Positions 16,219 to 25,467 of a stretch of DNA of 37,152 nucleotides are shown here, in pieces (the stretch's first letter is position 1; each line of letters begins with the position of its first letter). The notes under the pieces were generated by a model, which saw only the letters and a list, made by a program, of their open reading frames with translations, had not been told where the DNA came from and did no database searches. Position numbers and translations under genes: made by a program. Origin of the DNA: Candidatus Woesearchaeota archaeon (GTDB taxonomy: Archaea > Nanobdellota > Nanobdellia > SCGC-AAA011-G17 > JAFCDX01); NCBI GenBank assembly GCA_018302265.1, contig JAGVZV010000009.1, positions 1 to 37,152 on the forward strand. Direction: 5' to 3'.

Positions 16219-16674
16219 TTATAAAACCATTTTAAGAAGATAAAACACATCAAATCCGCTTAATAATAAAAATAATATAATCTCCAAAAATGTTCCTGTC
16301 TTAATAAAACCAGACACTCTAAAAGTCGTGAATGGATGCAAGAAATTAATTCCTTCTGGTGTAAATGCATCTATTAAAATATGAGATGAATAACCAACAA
16401 GTGCTGCAATTCCAAGCAGATTATAGCTCAAATAATTAAATAATAAGAATAATCCTATTGGAGGAAATATAGTATGTAAAATTCCTCTATGATCAAATAT
16501 TTTTGAAATAAATTTTACGTGCTTTCCTATTTTTGAATCCCTATTGTCTATATCGGGGACTAAAGAAACAAAACAAGCAACAAAAATAAACAACACAAGA
16601 CTTGATGGATGCAAGTATTTAGCAGATACCAAAGATGCCATCAAGGCAAATGCGACATGAGTGTAAAACATCAT
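16219..16674 (-). CDS. membrane-bound metal-dependent hydrolase (YdjM/DUF457-like)
   Basis: 151 aa with 4-5 TM segments, His/Asp-rich loops (LVPDIDNRDSKIGKH, GILHT, SHILIDAFTPEG). ATGA start/stop overlap with the upstream RPA gene (16671-16674). Confidence 0.6.
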   Translation of the reverse strand: MMFYTHVAFALMASLVSAKYLHPSSLVLFIFVACFVSLVPDIDNRDSKIGKHVKFISKIFDHRGILHTIFPPIGLFLLFNYLSYNLLGIAALVGYSSHILIDAFTPEGINFLHPFTTFRVSGFIKTGTFLEIILFLLLSGFDVFYLLKMVL

Positions 16675-17651
16675 TTTATTACTGACTGTGCTATTTCAAC
16701 TGGATCTGCCTCTTCTATTCTATTGGCTACGAACTCCAGCCTGTTAAACATCTCGTTTCTAGTAACACGACCCTTGATTATTAATTGTTTTCCAAGAATC
16801 TCCAATTTTAATTTATCAAATTTTTCGGGTGAAGTTTTTATTTCTTGTATTTCATCCATTGTTTTCTCCAGCAAGTATTCTGCCTGTTCTCTGAATGCCA
16901 CTATACGAATATTAGCTGTGGAATCATCAAAGAAGAAATTTACAAGCGGAACTTGCTTTGGGCTTATTACCCCGTGTTCAGCGCAATTAAAATTTCCCTC
17001 ATTACTTTTTACTCTTTTTCCGCAAGTAGGGCAGACTTCATAAGATCGTGGCTCAAATAATTGCACTACTGTCCCGATAATTTCCACATGGTCATCTGGG
17101 TTTAATTCAGATATATTCTTTCTTAGTAATTGCTGTCTTACTAAAACATTGTCTATGGTTTCTCCTTCTGGATTTATTATTAATTGAGCATTATTCCCAA
17201 AATGTAATTCTTTAAAGCCATTGTTTTCCTTACAGTAAGCTCCCTTGATTTTTACTATATCTCCCTCTTTTAATGATTTTAAGGCATCAATTGCAGTTTC
17301 ATCCCATAAGACTAATCTGGTTGTTCCAGTTTCATCACCTATAAGGATAGAAGCGACCCTTGATTTTTTTCCGTTTCTTATAAATTCACGGGTTTCATAA
17401 ATGCTCATAACCTTAGCTGTTATCCCGACTAGTTTCATTCCTGGAAGAACATCTTTTATCTTCAGAAATTGGGGTATTGTTATTAATTTCACCCCTAATT
17501 CATTTGCAACTATATGCGCTGCTCCTTCCTTGCTTATCAGATCAGAAAGGTCTTTTAATTTTATCTTTATCTTCTGGTCTAACTCTTCTTTAGAAATATT
17601 AGTCTTTTCTAGAATTACACTAATTATCTGTTCGTATGTTAAATTAAACAA
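16671..17651 (-). CDS. replication protein A (RPA, OB-fold ssDNA-binding protein with a zinc ribbon)
   Basis: RPA-like N-terminus (LTYEQIISVILEKTNISKEELDQKIKIKLKDLSDLISKEGAAHIVANELGV), OB-fold segments and CPTCGKRVKSNEGNFNCAEHG. The ORF is open to 17723, but the TTG at 17651 avoids a 58-nt overlap with the upstream gene. Confidence 0.8.
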   Translation of the reverse strand: MFNLTYEQIISVILEKTNISKEELDQKIKIKLKDLSDLISKEGAAHIVANELGVKLITIPQFLKIKDVLPGMKLVGITAKVMSIYETREFIRNGKKSRVASILIGDETGTTRLVLWDETAIDALKSLKEGDIVKIKGAYCKENNGFKELHFGNNAQLIINPEGETIDNVLVRQQLLRKNISELNPDDHVEIIGTVVQLFEPRSYEVCPTCGKRVKSNEGNFNCAEHGVISPKQVPLVNFFFDDSTANIRIVAFREQAEYLLEKTMDEIQEIKTSPEKFDKLKLEILGKQLIIKGRVTRNEMFNRLEFVANRIEEADPVEIAQSVIK

Positions 17652-17665
17652 TTTTATGACCCCTT

Positions 17666-18394
17666 TTAACTCAATCCTACAGATTCCAAAACAAATTTTA
17701 TTTCCATTTGCCGTAATGTGCACGGATTTTTTATTGATGATACATCAAACTTTATTAAGTTATCGCTTTTAGAACCTAATAATTTTGTTTCAACATTGCA
17801 AGCATCCACTGTCTTGCCATTGTTTATGCAAGTCAGATATTTTTTTGCCAGTATTACTGTATCAGTGTAATCTTTTATGTTTGACGCTATTTTTTTGTTT
17901 AAATCAACTTTAAAATCATATTTTACACTGATTATTGATTTATCATCTATAGTTTCAATCAAAATCGGGTCTGAAACAAGGAAAAATCCATCATCTGACA
18001 ACTTGAAGGTGTACTTAAGGTTCTTCAATCTTGTATTGTAACTTATATACCTTCTAAAATTTTCATCAAAATACTTGTTAAATGAATTTACCATATTGTT
18101 GTCTGGATTGCAATTATCCGGATTAAAACTCCAAAGGGGATAATTTCCCTTTAAACAGCCAACTCCTTTATTAGAAAGATCTTCCATGGAATCGCAAAAT
18201 GCCAGTCTTGCAGAATCCTCTACAAAGAAATAATCCTTTTCATTTTCAATCAGAGTATTTATTATAAATCCTGCTCTTTCTCCTACCAATTCATCTCTCT
18301 CCTTTATTTTATTCTTATAAAATGTATATCCTAATATGCCCACTATTAAAATTGTGAAAATTGCTATCATTGGCAAAAATTGTCCTTTTTTCAT
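17666..18394 (-). CDS. pilin-like protein (class III signal peptide)
   Basis: MKKGQ-FLPMIAIFTILIVGILGY from the ATG at 18394, which lies 1 nt after the upstream stop codon. Confidence 0.65.
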   Translation of the reverse strand: MKKGQFLPMIAIFTILIVGILGYTFYKNKIKERDELVGERAGFIINTLIENEKDYFFVEDSARLAFCDSMEDLSNKGVGCLKGNYPLWSFNPDNCNPDNNMVNSFNKYFDENFRRYISYNTRLKNLKYTFKLSDDGFFLVSDPILIETIDDKSIISVKYDFKVDLNKKIASNIKDYTDTVILAKKYLTCINNGKTVDACNVETKLLGSKSDNLIKFDVSSIKNPCTLRQMEIKFVLESVGLS

Positions 18395-18395
18395 T

Positions 18396-18944
18396 TTATC
18401 CTGCAACAGTATATTCTGTAGTATACGACTTATCTTGCTCTCCTGTTTCCAAAGAGACCGATATTGTAGCTCCTTCCTGGAACGGAATAAATTGTTTTGC
18501 GCTTAGCGAGGGTTCATCAAACTGCCCTTTTTCTGCTAACAGAGTATCTCCTATTTTTAATTTGTAATTATAACTTTTAAAAACCGCATCCATAATTTTT
18601 TTTGTTTCTTCTTTCATTGGAGTTTCATACTTAAGCTTGTTTATACTGTACAATCTTGCTAAATCAGAAATAGTAATGTATGTATTTTCTACAACAATTG
18701 GAGTTCTCAAATAGTTCAGCAATATAAGATCTAAATCAAGTCTGTCCTGCGCAGTAATACTCTGTTGTATTGGACCATAGGAGGGTAATTTTGATTTAAC
18801 TGCAAGGGGGGTTACAAAAAAAAACCAGTAAAACAATAATGTTAGTATAATTAGCAAAAATGCTACCATACCAAAGATTGCCAGTTCCTGACCCTTTTTA
18901 TTTAGTACGATCTTCTGCACCCCCACCACCCATGCTTCCACCAC
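18396..18944 (-). CDS. pilin-like protein (class III signal peptide); start uncertain
   Basis: LNKKGQ-ELAIFGMVAFLLIILTLLFYWFF. Possible GTG start at 18920. The track start at 18944 overlaps the upstream gene by 47 nt. Confidence 0.6.
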   Translation of the reverse strand: MVEAWVVGVQKIVLNKKGQELAIFGMVAFLLIILTLLFYWFFFVTPLAVKSKLPSYGPIQQSITAQDRLDLDLILLNYLRTPIVVENTYITISDLARLYSINKLKYETPMKEETKKIMDAVFKSYNYKLKIGDTLLAEKGQFDEPSLSAKQFIPFQEGATISVSLETGEQDKSYTTEYTVAG

Positions 18945-19422
18945 TTAATGTTGGAAGTATTACTGTTTGCTCTTGATTTATTATTGAATACTCAAATATG
19001 ACAGGTTTATCAATTAGCAGCAAATAATCTGAAGAAGAATAACAACTTAATTTTTCATTTTGTATTTTTGCACTGCACAATGGAAAATCTGAAATAAATT
19101 TATCTTTATTTATATATTTATCATTGAGTGCCTTTCCATTTAGATCTCTAAGAGTGACATTTATTTCAAGATTTCCAAAATCAAAACAATTTTCCAGCTT
19201 ATCCAGTTCAGATGTGTCTATAATTCCAAAGTGATCATTATAAGCAAGACAATTATATATATTATACATGATTAGTTGAGATTCGAATTTCTTTACATCT
19301 ATTTTTCTTGATAATACCATAGAAATACCGCCAACAATAACTAAGAGAATTATTATTAGAATACCTATTCTTAAGAACCACAAAGGCATATCCATTGCAA
19401 TATTAAATTGTCCCTTTTTCAT
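18898..19422 (-). CDS. pilin-like protein (class III signal peptide)
   Basis: MKKGQ-FNIAMDMPLWFLRIGILIIILLVIVGG. Confidence 0.6.
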   Translation of the reverse strand: MKKGQFNIAMDMPLWFLRIGILIIILLVIVGGISMVLSRKIDVKKFESQLIMYNIYNCLAYNDHFGIIDTSELDKLENCFDFGNLEINVTLRDLNGKALNDKYINKDKFISDFPLCSAKIQNEKLSCYSSSDYLLLIDKPVIFEYSIINQEQTVILPTLSGGSMGGGGAEDRTK

Positions 19423-19816
19423 TGGATATTTTTATAATATTCCCCTCCTTTTTGAAATTTATAAATAAACTTTTTATATCGTTGTTTTTAAAATCTAAAT
19501 CGCTAAAACAATACAATGAATAAGGATTTAATTTTTCATCCTGTTCATTTGCACTGATAATACATGGTTTATTATTAAATGATATTGAATAACCCTCTTT
19601 TGCAAATGATGTTTTTACATTCAAATCAATTGGAGATGCAGATATAGAATCTATTAGAAAGGCAGAATCTATTGCAAGCCTTTGCATTTCGTATCTAGCA
19701 TCTTCTCTTACTTGGACAATGAAGCTAATTACTATTGCTCCTACTACAGCAGCGAGTACTATATAGAATAAGAACAGATACTCTTTTTCCTGGCCCCTTT
19801 TATCCATACTAATCAA
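19403..19816 (-). CDS. pilin-like protein (class III signal peptide)
   Basis: MDKRGQ-EKEYLFLFYIVLAAVVGAIVISFIV. Confidence 0.6.
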   Translation of the reverse strand: MISMDKRGQEKEYLFLFYIVLAAVVGAIVISFIVQVREDARYEMQRLAIDSAFLIDSISASPIDLNVKTSFAKEGYSISFNNKPCIISANEQDEKLNPYSLYCFSDLDFKNNDIKSLFINFKKEGNIIKISNEKGTI

Positions 19817-19844
19817 AAATTAATTGAATTTATATTAGTTTTGA

Positions 19845-20945
19845 TTATGCAATTAATGTGCAATCATATCCATATTTATACATGTCCCCACAACCACCAA
19901 TTGTCGCAACAACCGTTGGATGAATTGGAAGGTCAATCTTAGCCCAATCAAAATTTGGAGATGGATCCCATTTTCCTATATCTGTAATTTGGTAATGTCC
20001 TTTGATATGCTCATCATCTAACTTTAGATTAGGATATCTTGGTACTATCTCTTGGATTAATTGTCTGATAGCATCATATTGTGCAGACGTATAAAGATCA
20101 TTTGCATTACCTGTATTTACTATTTCAATACCAATAGATCTAGTATTATAATTTTTGGCGTGCCAGGCTATTTTATTTTCGGGGGTTAGATAATAAATTG
20201 TTCCATCCTTATCTACAATATAATGTACAGAAAGTCCTCTCTGAATAAATGTATCATAAGCGCCTTTGAATGTAGATGACCCAGTATGATGTAACACTAT
20301 CAAATCAATTTGATCTCTCCCCCTGCAACCACCTGTTTTTAATGTGTCATAATAATTTAAATTTAAATTTATTGCTCTTTGCTCGAGTTGGAAACAGTCG
20401 AATGATTGTTTATCAATTACATCGGCTTCATTTGTATCAAATAACTGTCCAAGTGGAGTTTTTGATATAGTTAATTTATTTTTTTCTTTTTCATAATAGA
20501 TTATAAAAAAATCTTCTTCTGATTCCACATACTTTTTATCAAAACCTATTAAAGAGATTGAAGTAAAACTTAATTCTTTGCAATAATAGTTCTTTGTGCA
20601 GCTATTTTTTGCCTCGTCATACTCGCAGATGCATAACTCATTTTTATTAATCATATCTGATAATGGAGGGGCTATCCCAGGGAGATTATTTGCATTTTTA
20701 TCAAGTATAGCAAAAATGCAATTTCCCTTTCCAAACTTAATTGGAGTCTCAGATTGGACATTATCACCCAACACATTCAGTTCACTTACCATAATATCAA
20801 TAGAACTCTTGGATGCATCATCAATACATGCGGCACTTTTACCAAAGAACAAACTTGCAATTGCTTTTAATGGGAATAATAAAACCACTAAAAAAACTAG
20901 TCCGATCATAAGACCTATTAAAAAATTTTTAGTTCCCTCTTCCAT
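19845..20945 (-). CDS. membrane-anchored N-acetylmuramoyl-L-alanine amidase (Amidase_2 / AmpD-PGRP-T7 lysozyme fold) domain protein
   Basis: N-terminal TM segment FLIGLMIGLVFLVVLLF. C-terminal domain motifs are IDLIVLHHTG, SVHYIVDKDGTIY, AWHAKNYNTRSIGIEIVN and IKGHYQITDIGKWDPSPNFDW. The His317 to Asp327 spacing of 10 residues matches the AmpD zinc ligands as I recall them. Confidence 0.75.
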   Translation of the reverse strand: MEEGTKNFLIGLMIGLVFLVVLLFPLKAIASLFFGKSAACIDDASKSSIDIMVSELNVLGDNVQSETPIKFGKGNCIFAILDKNANNLPGIAPPLSDMINKNELCICEYDEAKNSCTKNYYCKELSFTSISLIGFDKKYVESEEDFFIIYYEKEKNKLTISKTPLGQLFDTNEADVIDKQSFDCFQLEQRAINLNLNYYDTLKTGGCRGRDQIDLIVLHHTGSSTFKGAYDTFIQRGLSVHYIVDKDGTIYYLTPENKIAWHAKNYNTRSIGIEIVNTGNANDLYTSAQYDAIRQLIQEIVPRYPNLKLDDEHIKGHYQITDIGKWDPSPNFDWAKIDLPIHPTVVATIGGCGDMYKYGYDCTLIA

Positions 20946-20946
20946 T

Positions 20947-21099
20947 TTATCCTGTCAAAGATTTGATAATGCTATCAAACTTACCAGCTATTGTGCTTGC
21001 GCCGCCAGTGAATATTAATACTAAGATAACAAGAACAATTATTGCTATTATAGTTAGTATAATTGTATTTAAAGCAAGCTCAGAACCTTTTCTATTCAT
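20947..21099 (-). CDS. minimal pilin-like protein (50 aa)
   Basis: MNRKGS-ELALNTIILTIIAIIVLVILVLIFTGG. Paralogous to the N-terminus of the upstream 120-aa pilin. ATGA overlap at 21096-21099. The longer track start (21144) is rejected. Confidence 0.6.
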   Translation of the reverse strand: MNRKGSELALNTIILTIIAIIVLVILVLIFTGGASTIAGKFDSIIKSLTG

Positions 21100-21458
21100 T
21101 TTGAACACTGGATTACACTGCACTCTATACCTATACTGCTGCAAGTCAGTCCTTTTTCGTTTTCATCATATATACCATTAGCATTTATATCAGCTTGGAA
21201 TTCAGAAAAGCAGAAATTCTGCATAAACTGATCCCTTAGTAAGGCACTATTTGATGTCTGGTAACTAGTACAGAAGGAATTACATCTAGCATTTGCTTCT
21301 TGGAGATCTGTTAATTGAGCGCCAAAAAAGGATTGGATTTTATTGGTAAGTGAAGCCATTCCACCTGTGAAAAATAAAGCAATGATAACCAAGACAATAA
21401 CAACAAGGATTGTAATAACTATTGTGTTCATAGAAAGTGATTGTCCTCTTTTATTCAT
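21096..21458 (-). CDS. pilin-like protein (class III signal peptide), Cys-rich C-terminus
   Basis: MNKRGQ-SLSMNTIVITILVVIVLVIIALFFTGG. Confidence 0.65.
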   Translation of the reverse strand: MNKRGQSLSMNTIVITILVVIVLVIIALFFTGGMASLTNKIQSFFGAQLTDLQEANARCNSFCTSYQTSNSALLRDQFMQNFCFSEFQADINANGIYDENEKGLTCSSIGIECSVIQCSK

Positions 21459-21486
21459 TTTAACACCTTGTTAATTATTTACTAAA

Positions 21487-22191
21487 TTAACTATTTAAAG
21501 GTTTTGGTGAACATTTGTTTAGAGAGTTTATAAAAGCCTTTCCCTCTTCTGATAGTTCATCCTTAAGTATGAAACAAATATTGTTACCCTTCTTGTAAAC
21601 CATTTTATTTCGGTCTAAAAAATCTAGGCTTACTCTTTCTGGTACAGGCTCTATTATATTTGAGATGCCCGAACCAACTTTAACTTCAGTAGCTCCAGTC
21701 TCATAAGAGAGTTTTATCGGGGATTCTGATAGAATTATATCTATTCCTTGTTTATTTGGACCGGTTATAATCTGATCTAATCCAGTTGTATAAATATTAC
21801 CGCTATCGTAAGTTACATAACAAAATATATTTTTCCCAGTCAAAGATTCTCTATTTTTGGGTATATTTGTTTCTTCTTTGGATATTACCATAGTATTCGG
21901 AGTTATAAAAGAGAGTACATACCCTGGAGAAAATGTCAGAATTTGTAGACTGCATATACACCCATCGTCATTGGAATCAAAACAATCTTTATACTGAGAA
22001 ATAATATCTTGAAATTCTCCTGAGATGTCTTTTACACTGTCTGTAGTTTGTCCTCCAAAGATACCATCTATGATATTATCTATATATTTTTGTACTCCTT
22101 CTGAAACATATCCTGCCTTCATTAAAAAAAGTACTAAAACTATTGCAACTATGACGATAATAATAATTTCTGGAACCTTTGATGTTGTCAT
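21487..22191 (-). CDS. pilin-like or N-terminally anchored secreted protein
   Basis: MTTSKVPE-IIIIVIVAIVLVLFLMKAG followed by a soluble Cys-containing domain. Confidence 0.5.
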   Translation of the reverse strand: MTTSKVPEIIIIVIVAIVLVLFLMKAGYVSEGVQKYIDNIIDGIFGGQTTDSVKDISGEFQDIISQYKDCFDSNDDGCICSLQILTFSPGYVLSFITPNTMVISKEETNIPKNRESLTGKNIFCYVTYDSGNIYTTGLDQIITGPNKQGIDIILSESPIKLSYETGATEVKVGSGISNIIEPVPERVSLDFLDRNKMVYKKGNNICFILKDELSEEGKAFINSLNKCSPKPLNS

Positions 22192-22198
22192 TTAATTT

Positions 22199-22354
22199 TT
22201 ACCCTCCGAATCTTAATAAACTAGCAAATTTTTCTAATATAGACATAATCTTTTCTTTTGCAAAATAAATTATTGTTAAAATAAATACTAAAACAAGCAA
22301 GGCTATGAACAGCTTCATTAGTGTTTCCCATGCAAAATCCCCTTTTTTGTTCAT
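22199..22354 (-). CDS. small pilin-like protein (51 aa); not in the supplied ORF track
   Basis: Hand translation gives MNKKGDFAWETLMKLFIALLVLVFILTIIYFAKEKIMSILEKFASLLRFGG. ATGA overlap with the stop of the upstream 280-aa gene (22351-22354). Ends in TAA at 22199-22201. Confidence 0.55.
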   Translation of the reverse strand: MNKKGDFAWETLMKLFIALLVLVFILTIIYFAKEKIMSILEKFASLLRFGG

Positions 22355-23193
22355 TTTGATTGACACCTTTTGATTATTCCATCTGAATTAGTAACTAATA
22401 ATTGTGCAGTAAAGTCTGTAGATGGATTGTATGCTGCTTCTCCTATTAAAAGAAATCCAGCTCCTGCTGCGCCAACCTTACAAAAAAGAGGGGCGAATGG
22501 AGCAGTTATTCCTCCCATCAAGGCTAATCCTCCAGAAACAATGCACCCAGCTAAAGGCGCGCCAATTGCTATTCCTACTTCTTGGAGTTTAGTAGATCCT
22601 AAAAAATCAAATCTACTCCCGCGATTTATTAAATATACTACATAAATGGGGTTGCTTAGATCAAGTTTATTATATTCATTCAGATTAGTTTTATCGAACG
22701 TTTTTGGGTATAAAAATTCAGCATAAGTCATCCCAGAACCAAGGGGTTTTTCTTTTAACAAATAGTCTCCTAATCCAGTTATTTCCATATCTTTTAGCGA
22801 GGGATCTGTTCCAATAATCTTGCTACATAAAAAGCAATAAGTTTCTCCAGAGAAATCCCTATGAAATAAAAAATCTATTTCTCCCTTTCCAAATTGGTCC
22901 CAACAATCATACATATCATTAGCTATTAATTTTTTTACATTTTCCAAATCCTTTTTACTTTTTATAAATTTATAATCAGTGCTACATCTCAAAGGAATAT
23001 CAACAAACTCTGTTTCAGGGGTTATACTCAATTTAGTAGTCGCTTTTAATTGAACACTCTGCTTACAAACTTCTTTACTTGTAACATCTTTGGTTATATC
23101 TGACCAGGTTTTAAGGCCGTACATCATTACAATTAATCCTGCAAGTGTAACAATCAATACAACCAGTACAGCTGTTGTCATTGCCTTTTTCAT
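22351..23193 (-). CDS. N-terminally anchored protein with a Gly/Ala-rich hydrophobic C-terminus, unknown function
   Basis: MKKA-MTTAVLVVLIVTLAGLIVMMYGL, a Cys-containing middle part, and a C-terminal GIAIGAPLAGCIVSGGLALMGGITAPFAPLFCKVGAAGAGFLLIGEAA. Confidence 0.55.
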   Translation of the reverse strand: MKKAMTTAVLVVLIVTLAGLIVMMYGLKTWSDITKDVTSKEVCKQSVQLKATTKLSITPETEFVDIPLRCSTDYKFIKSKKDLENVKKLIANDMYDCWDQFGKGEIDFLFHRDFSGETYCFLCSKIIGTDPSLKDMEITGLGDYLLKEKPLGSGMTYAEFLYPKTFDKTNLNEYNKLDLSNPIYVVYLINRGSRFDFLGSTKLQEVGIAIGAPLAGCIVSGGLALMGGITAPFAPLFCKVGAAGAGFLLIGEAAYNPSTDFTAQLLVTNSDGIIKRCQSK

Positions 23194-23306
23194 TATAAAT
23201 CACCCACTATCAAATAAACAAGTCCAATGACTATTGCAGTCAACACACCTGCAAGTATCAAGAATAAGATTAATTTATTCAAGTTATTTGGTATCATCTC
23301 TTCCAT
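23193..23306 (-). CDS. possible 37-aa single-TM micro-protein; not in the supplied ORF track
   Basis: Hand translation gives MEEMIPNNLNKLILFLILAGVLTAIVIGLVYLIVGDL. Its TAA stop shares one base with the downstream ATG (TAATG at 23193). Confidence 0.35.
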   Translation of the reverse strand: MEEMIPNNLNKLILFLILAGVLTAIVIGLVYLIVGDL

Positions 23307-23340
23307 GGTACATGACTCTGTTTATTATATATAAAACTTA

Positions 23341-25242
23341 TTATAGTGTTGCGGGTATTGATTTTAAAACAGTCGAGGCTAGCAAGCTGAACAATATTAT
23401 AACAATGAATGAAACCAAGGTGTATAGTATGGCTCCACGAATCATATTCTTACCAAGCAAGTAATCCTGATTCAACCTGTCAGAACCGTTCTCTATTCCA
23501 TTTGCTAGTATTGTAAGTATGAATATAATTTCTATAACATATATTCCTACAACCAACTGAAAATAATACGGGGAAATGATCTCGCTGACATTGAATATCT
23601 GAACAAACTGCTGCACATTGTTAAATCCGGTTGCATCATTGGTTGCATTTGCTCCATAATTAGAAAAAATATCTCCCATATTTACAATAACTCCAACTAT
23701 CATTGAACCAATACCAACAACAATTCCTGCAATAACAGGAGCCATGAAGGATATCTGGGATTTCATTGAAGAAACTATTTCTGATAGCAGGTCTTTTAGT
23801 CTTTCATTAACCCTGTGTATCTCAGAAACATAAGTAGAAATGCTAATCATGGCTTGAGCAGCTATTTTTGATCCCTTTTGCACACTTTCTATCAAGACCT
23901 CCATGGAGGATTGTATGAGCGAGGAAGGATAAGACAAAATTGCTCCGGTTTTTTGATTAAATATTGCTTCCTTGATTCCCATTCCAAGATTTCTTATATT
24001 AACAGACACTATTCTAAAAAAATTTCCTGTTGGTGTTCCAGACATATTTTCTGCTACAGTTCCAAATGCTATTTCAGCAGGAACTCCGTCAGATAATCGG
24101 TTTCCTAATTGGAATAAGGAAGAGGCAAATTCATTCTCTAATTTTTTTGTTTCTTCCCTTACCTTGATCAGACCCTTACTCATCTTTCTGTAATAAATAC
24201 CAATGCCAAGCGCGATTCCAAGCGGGACTAGGAGACTTATTACAAGAGACCCAAGACCAAAAGGACCGCACTCACCCCCGCATTTATAATCCAAAAAATT
24301 ACCAAACAACCCCCCAAAGGGCATATCAAAGTTAGGATTTATGACATGCAATATAATCGGAGACAATCCTACAAATACAAACAAGAGTATAATAAAGAAT
24401 GGAAATGTAAGTGATGCATGCTCTTTCAGCAATTGTTTTTGTATATCTGTTTCTCCGTATCCTGTCGGTCTCTTGCTTAAAATTTCATAACCATATGTAA
24501 AAACAACAATGGGCAGGATGATATCATACAAGAACGCAAGATGATACCATTTTATCAGCTTTCCCATGAACGAGGCAATCAATGGAAAAATAACTAACCC
24601 CAGTATTGGAAGTATAACCCCCAGCATGTGCAGCATTGTGATTGGATTCTTCAGGTCTTGTGCATAGTGCAGCATTTTTTCATAAGTTCCCTCCAGTATC
24701 ACTTCCAGCGCTTTGTCAAGTAATTGCAATCTTCTGGCTTCTGATGCCTCAAATAAAGAAGATCCAACCAGATGAAAAGAATTAACAAATTCCAGATTAT
24801 AATCTCTCCATGTTTCTAAATAAGCATCAAGTGCGTCCTTAATGTTTGAATATCTTCCGGATTCAATATCCCAGAATATCTTTCTCAGGTCAAGTGATAA
24901 TGGGGAGCCAATATGCAGTGCAGAAAATTTTATTGCGTGCTCTAAATTCGATGTGTGCCTCATGTACATGACTATATACAGCATGCACAAGACCATCTGG
25001 TTGCTTGCCCTTAATCTCCATAAATTAGACAGATATATTGGCAAATTTGATAATGGTTTTAATATAACTGCTGCAAGTATTACAAGTATTAATGGAAAGA
25101 AAACAGACACTTCAGAGAATATGTAAGTTACTGCTAGAATAACAAGCGCCGATAATATAACAAACACAGATGCAAGCGTTGCAAGACTTGTTGCTCCTGT
25201 TGGAGTCATTTGCAAATGCGCTGTCTCTATTGCCTTCTGCAA
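23341..25242 (-). CDS. type IV pilus/archaellum platform protein (GspF/PilC/TadC/FlaJ-like, two T2SSF-like repeats); true start unclear
   Basis: Polytopic protein with two helical cytoplasmic repeats, each followed by TM segments. Sits immediately downstream of the ATPase. The frame stays open for 75 further codons, up to the ATPase stop codon. Confidence 0.75.
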   Translation of the reverse strand: MQKAIETAHLQMTPTGATSLATLASVFVILSALVILAVTYIFSEVSVFFPLILVILAAVILKPLSNLPIYLSNLWRLRASNQMVLCMLYIVMYMRHTSNLEHAIKFSALHIGSPLSLDLRKIFWDIESGRYSNIKDALDAYLETWRDYNLEFVNSFHLVGSSLFEASEARRLQLLDKALEVILEGTYEKMLHYAQDLKNPITMLHMLGVILPILGLVIFPLIASFMGKLIKWYHLAFLYDIILPIVVFTYGYEILSKRPTGYGETDIQKQLLKEHASLTFPFFIILLFVFVGLSPIILHVINPNFDMPFGGLFGNFLDYKCGGECGPFGLGSLVISLLVPLGIALGIGIYYRKMSKGLIKVREETKKLENEFASSLFQLGNRLSDGVPAEIAFGTVAENMSGTPTGNFFRIVSVNIRNLGMGIKEAIFNQKTGAILSYPSSLIQSSMEVLIESVQKGSKIAAQAMISISTYVSEIHRVNERLKDLLSEIVSSMKSQISFMAPVIAGIVVGIGSMIVGVIVNMGDIFSNYGANATNDATGFNNVQQFVQIFNVSEIISPYYFQLVVGIYVIEIIFILTILANGIENGSDRLNQDYLLGKNMIRGAILYTLVSFIVIILFSLLASTVLKSIPATL

Positions 25243-25467
25243 TTTTTGTGCTTGATCTGGGTTCGGGCGTATAGCAATAACTGATTCTGCTCTCTCACAT
25301 AATTTTTCATAAAGCGTGTTTGCAGTTGGTATGGCCTCTTTCCTGAAAGTTGTATATTCACGGGAGAATTCAGTATCACTCGGGATTTCTTCTTCTAGCT
25401 TAAACTCCTTCTTGAATTTATTCTCGTACTTTTTCAGTATTTCTTCTGTCTCTTTTGAAATAGTAAT

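Noticed and set aside
13031-17772. Plus-strand ORFs 13031-13318, 13984-14178, 14626-14817, 16609-17043, 16845-17060 and 17401-17772.
   Set aside because: They are antisense shadows of the S3Ae, RecJ-like, S15, hydrolase and RPA genes.
18361-25126. Plus-strand ORFs within the pilus locus (18361-18567, 20276-20470, 20596-21018, 20963-21181, 22370-22645, 23234-23464, 23878-24096, 23972-24193, 24842-25126).
   Set aside because: They are antisense to a continuous series of coupled minus-strand genes and have no start-context or motif support.
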